Assembly (NCBI GenBank): GCA_013265495.1
Contig: MU061578.1
Coordinates: 2,055,308-2,119,307, forward strand
Direction: 5' to 3'
Length of the DNA: 64,000 nucleotides
From: Vicugna vicugna
Taxonomy: Eukaryota
Shown here: piece by piece, positions 63,735 through 64,000 of the stretch
Position numbering within the stretch: position 1 is the stretch's first letter
How the letters are laid out: each line of letters begins with the position of its first letter
Notes under the pieces: generated by a model
What the model was told of the DNA's origin: nothing
Database searches by the model: none
The model's input: the letters and a program-made list of their open reading frames with translations, nothing else
Made by a program: the position numbers and the translations under genes

Positions 63735-64000
63735 GAGTGGGTCTTACTAAGTTTGGGCCAATGACATGTGAATAGAATGTGACGTGGGACCTCTGGGAAG
63801 TCTTCTTAAAAAGAGGAGGCGCATCCTTCTTTGCTTCTTCATTGATTGTACTGCCTGAAACATAAAACTGATGGCTGGATCTCCAGAGGCTATTTTGCAC
63901 CACGAGGACTAGAGCCAAAGGATTTTGAAACAAAGGGCTGGAGCTACATTCATGGAGCTATCATACTAACCAAGGACTGCCTGCTTCTGGACTTCTTTTG
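63735..64000 (+). mobile_element. MLT1J-like LTR (truncated by window end)
   Basis: actaagtttgggccaatgacatgtgaatagaa...gatggctggatctccagaggctattttgcaccacgagg...ctgcctgcttctggacttctt. Confidence 0.75.

Noticed and set aside
1..64000. A previously undescribed multi-gene biological system
   Set aside because: No coding genes or novel arrays are supported; the window is explained by a promoter/first exon, intron and known repeat classes.

Overview
Mammalian genomic DNA, most likely camelid (a Vic-type tRNA-derived SINE sits at ~62.0-62.15 kb). I find no credible protein-coding exon; the supplied ORFs are explained by repeats, GC richness or an N-gap. The main feature is a CpG-island promoter (~19.0-21.3 kb) with a long, essentially non-coding first exon on the minus strand. 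It ends in ATG|GTGAGT at 20173/20172, and from memory of the human 5'UTR I recognise it as a first exon of RBFOX1 (A2BP1); this is not database-verified. Bases 1-20172 would then be the start of the downstream intron and 21.3-64 kb upstream DNA. The rest is old repeats (MIR, L2, L1M, MLT, MER DNA transposons) plus younger solo ERV LTRs, several with perfect TSDs. Points worth follow-up: a nested six-LTR cluster at 39.9-43.8 kb with an inverted same-family pair; a MER41-like LTR carrying STAT motifs; a sense-strand UGCAUG (RBFOX motif) cluster in the intron; and an exon-terminal ATG plus a microsatellite-derived uORF in exon 1. I see no evidence for a wholly new biological system. Repeat family names come from recall of consensus sequences, and boundaries without TSDs are approximate.
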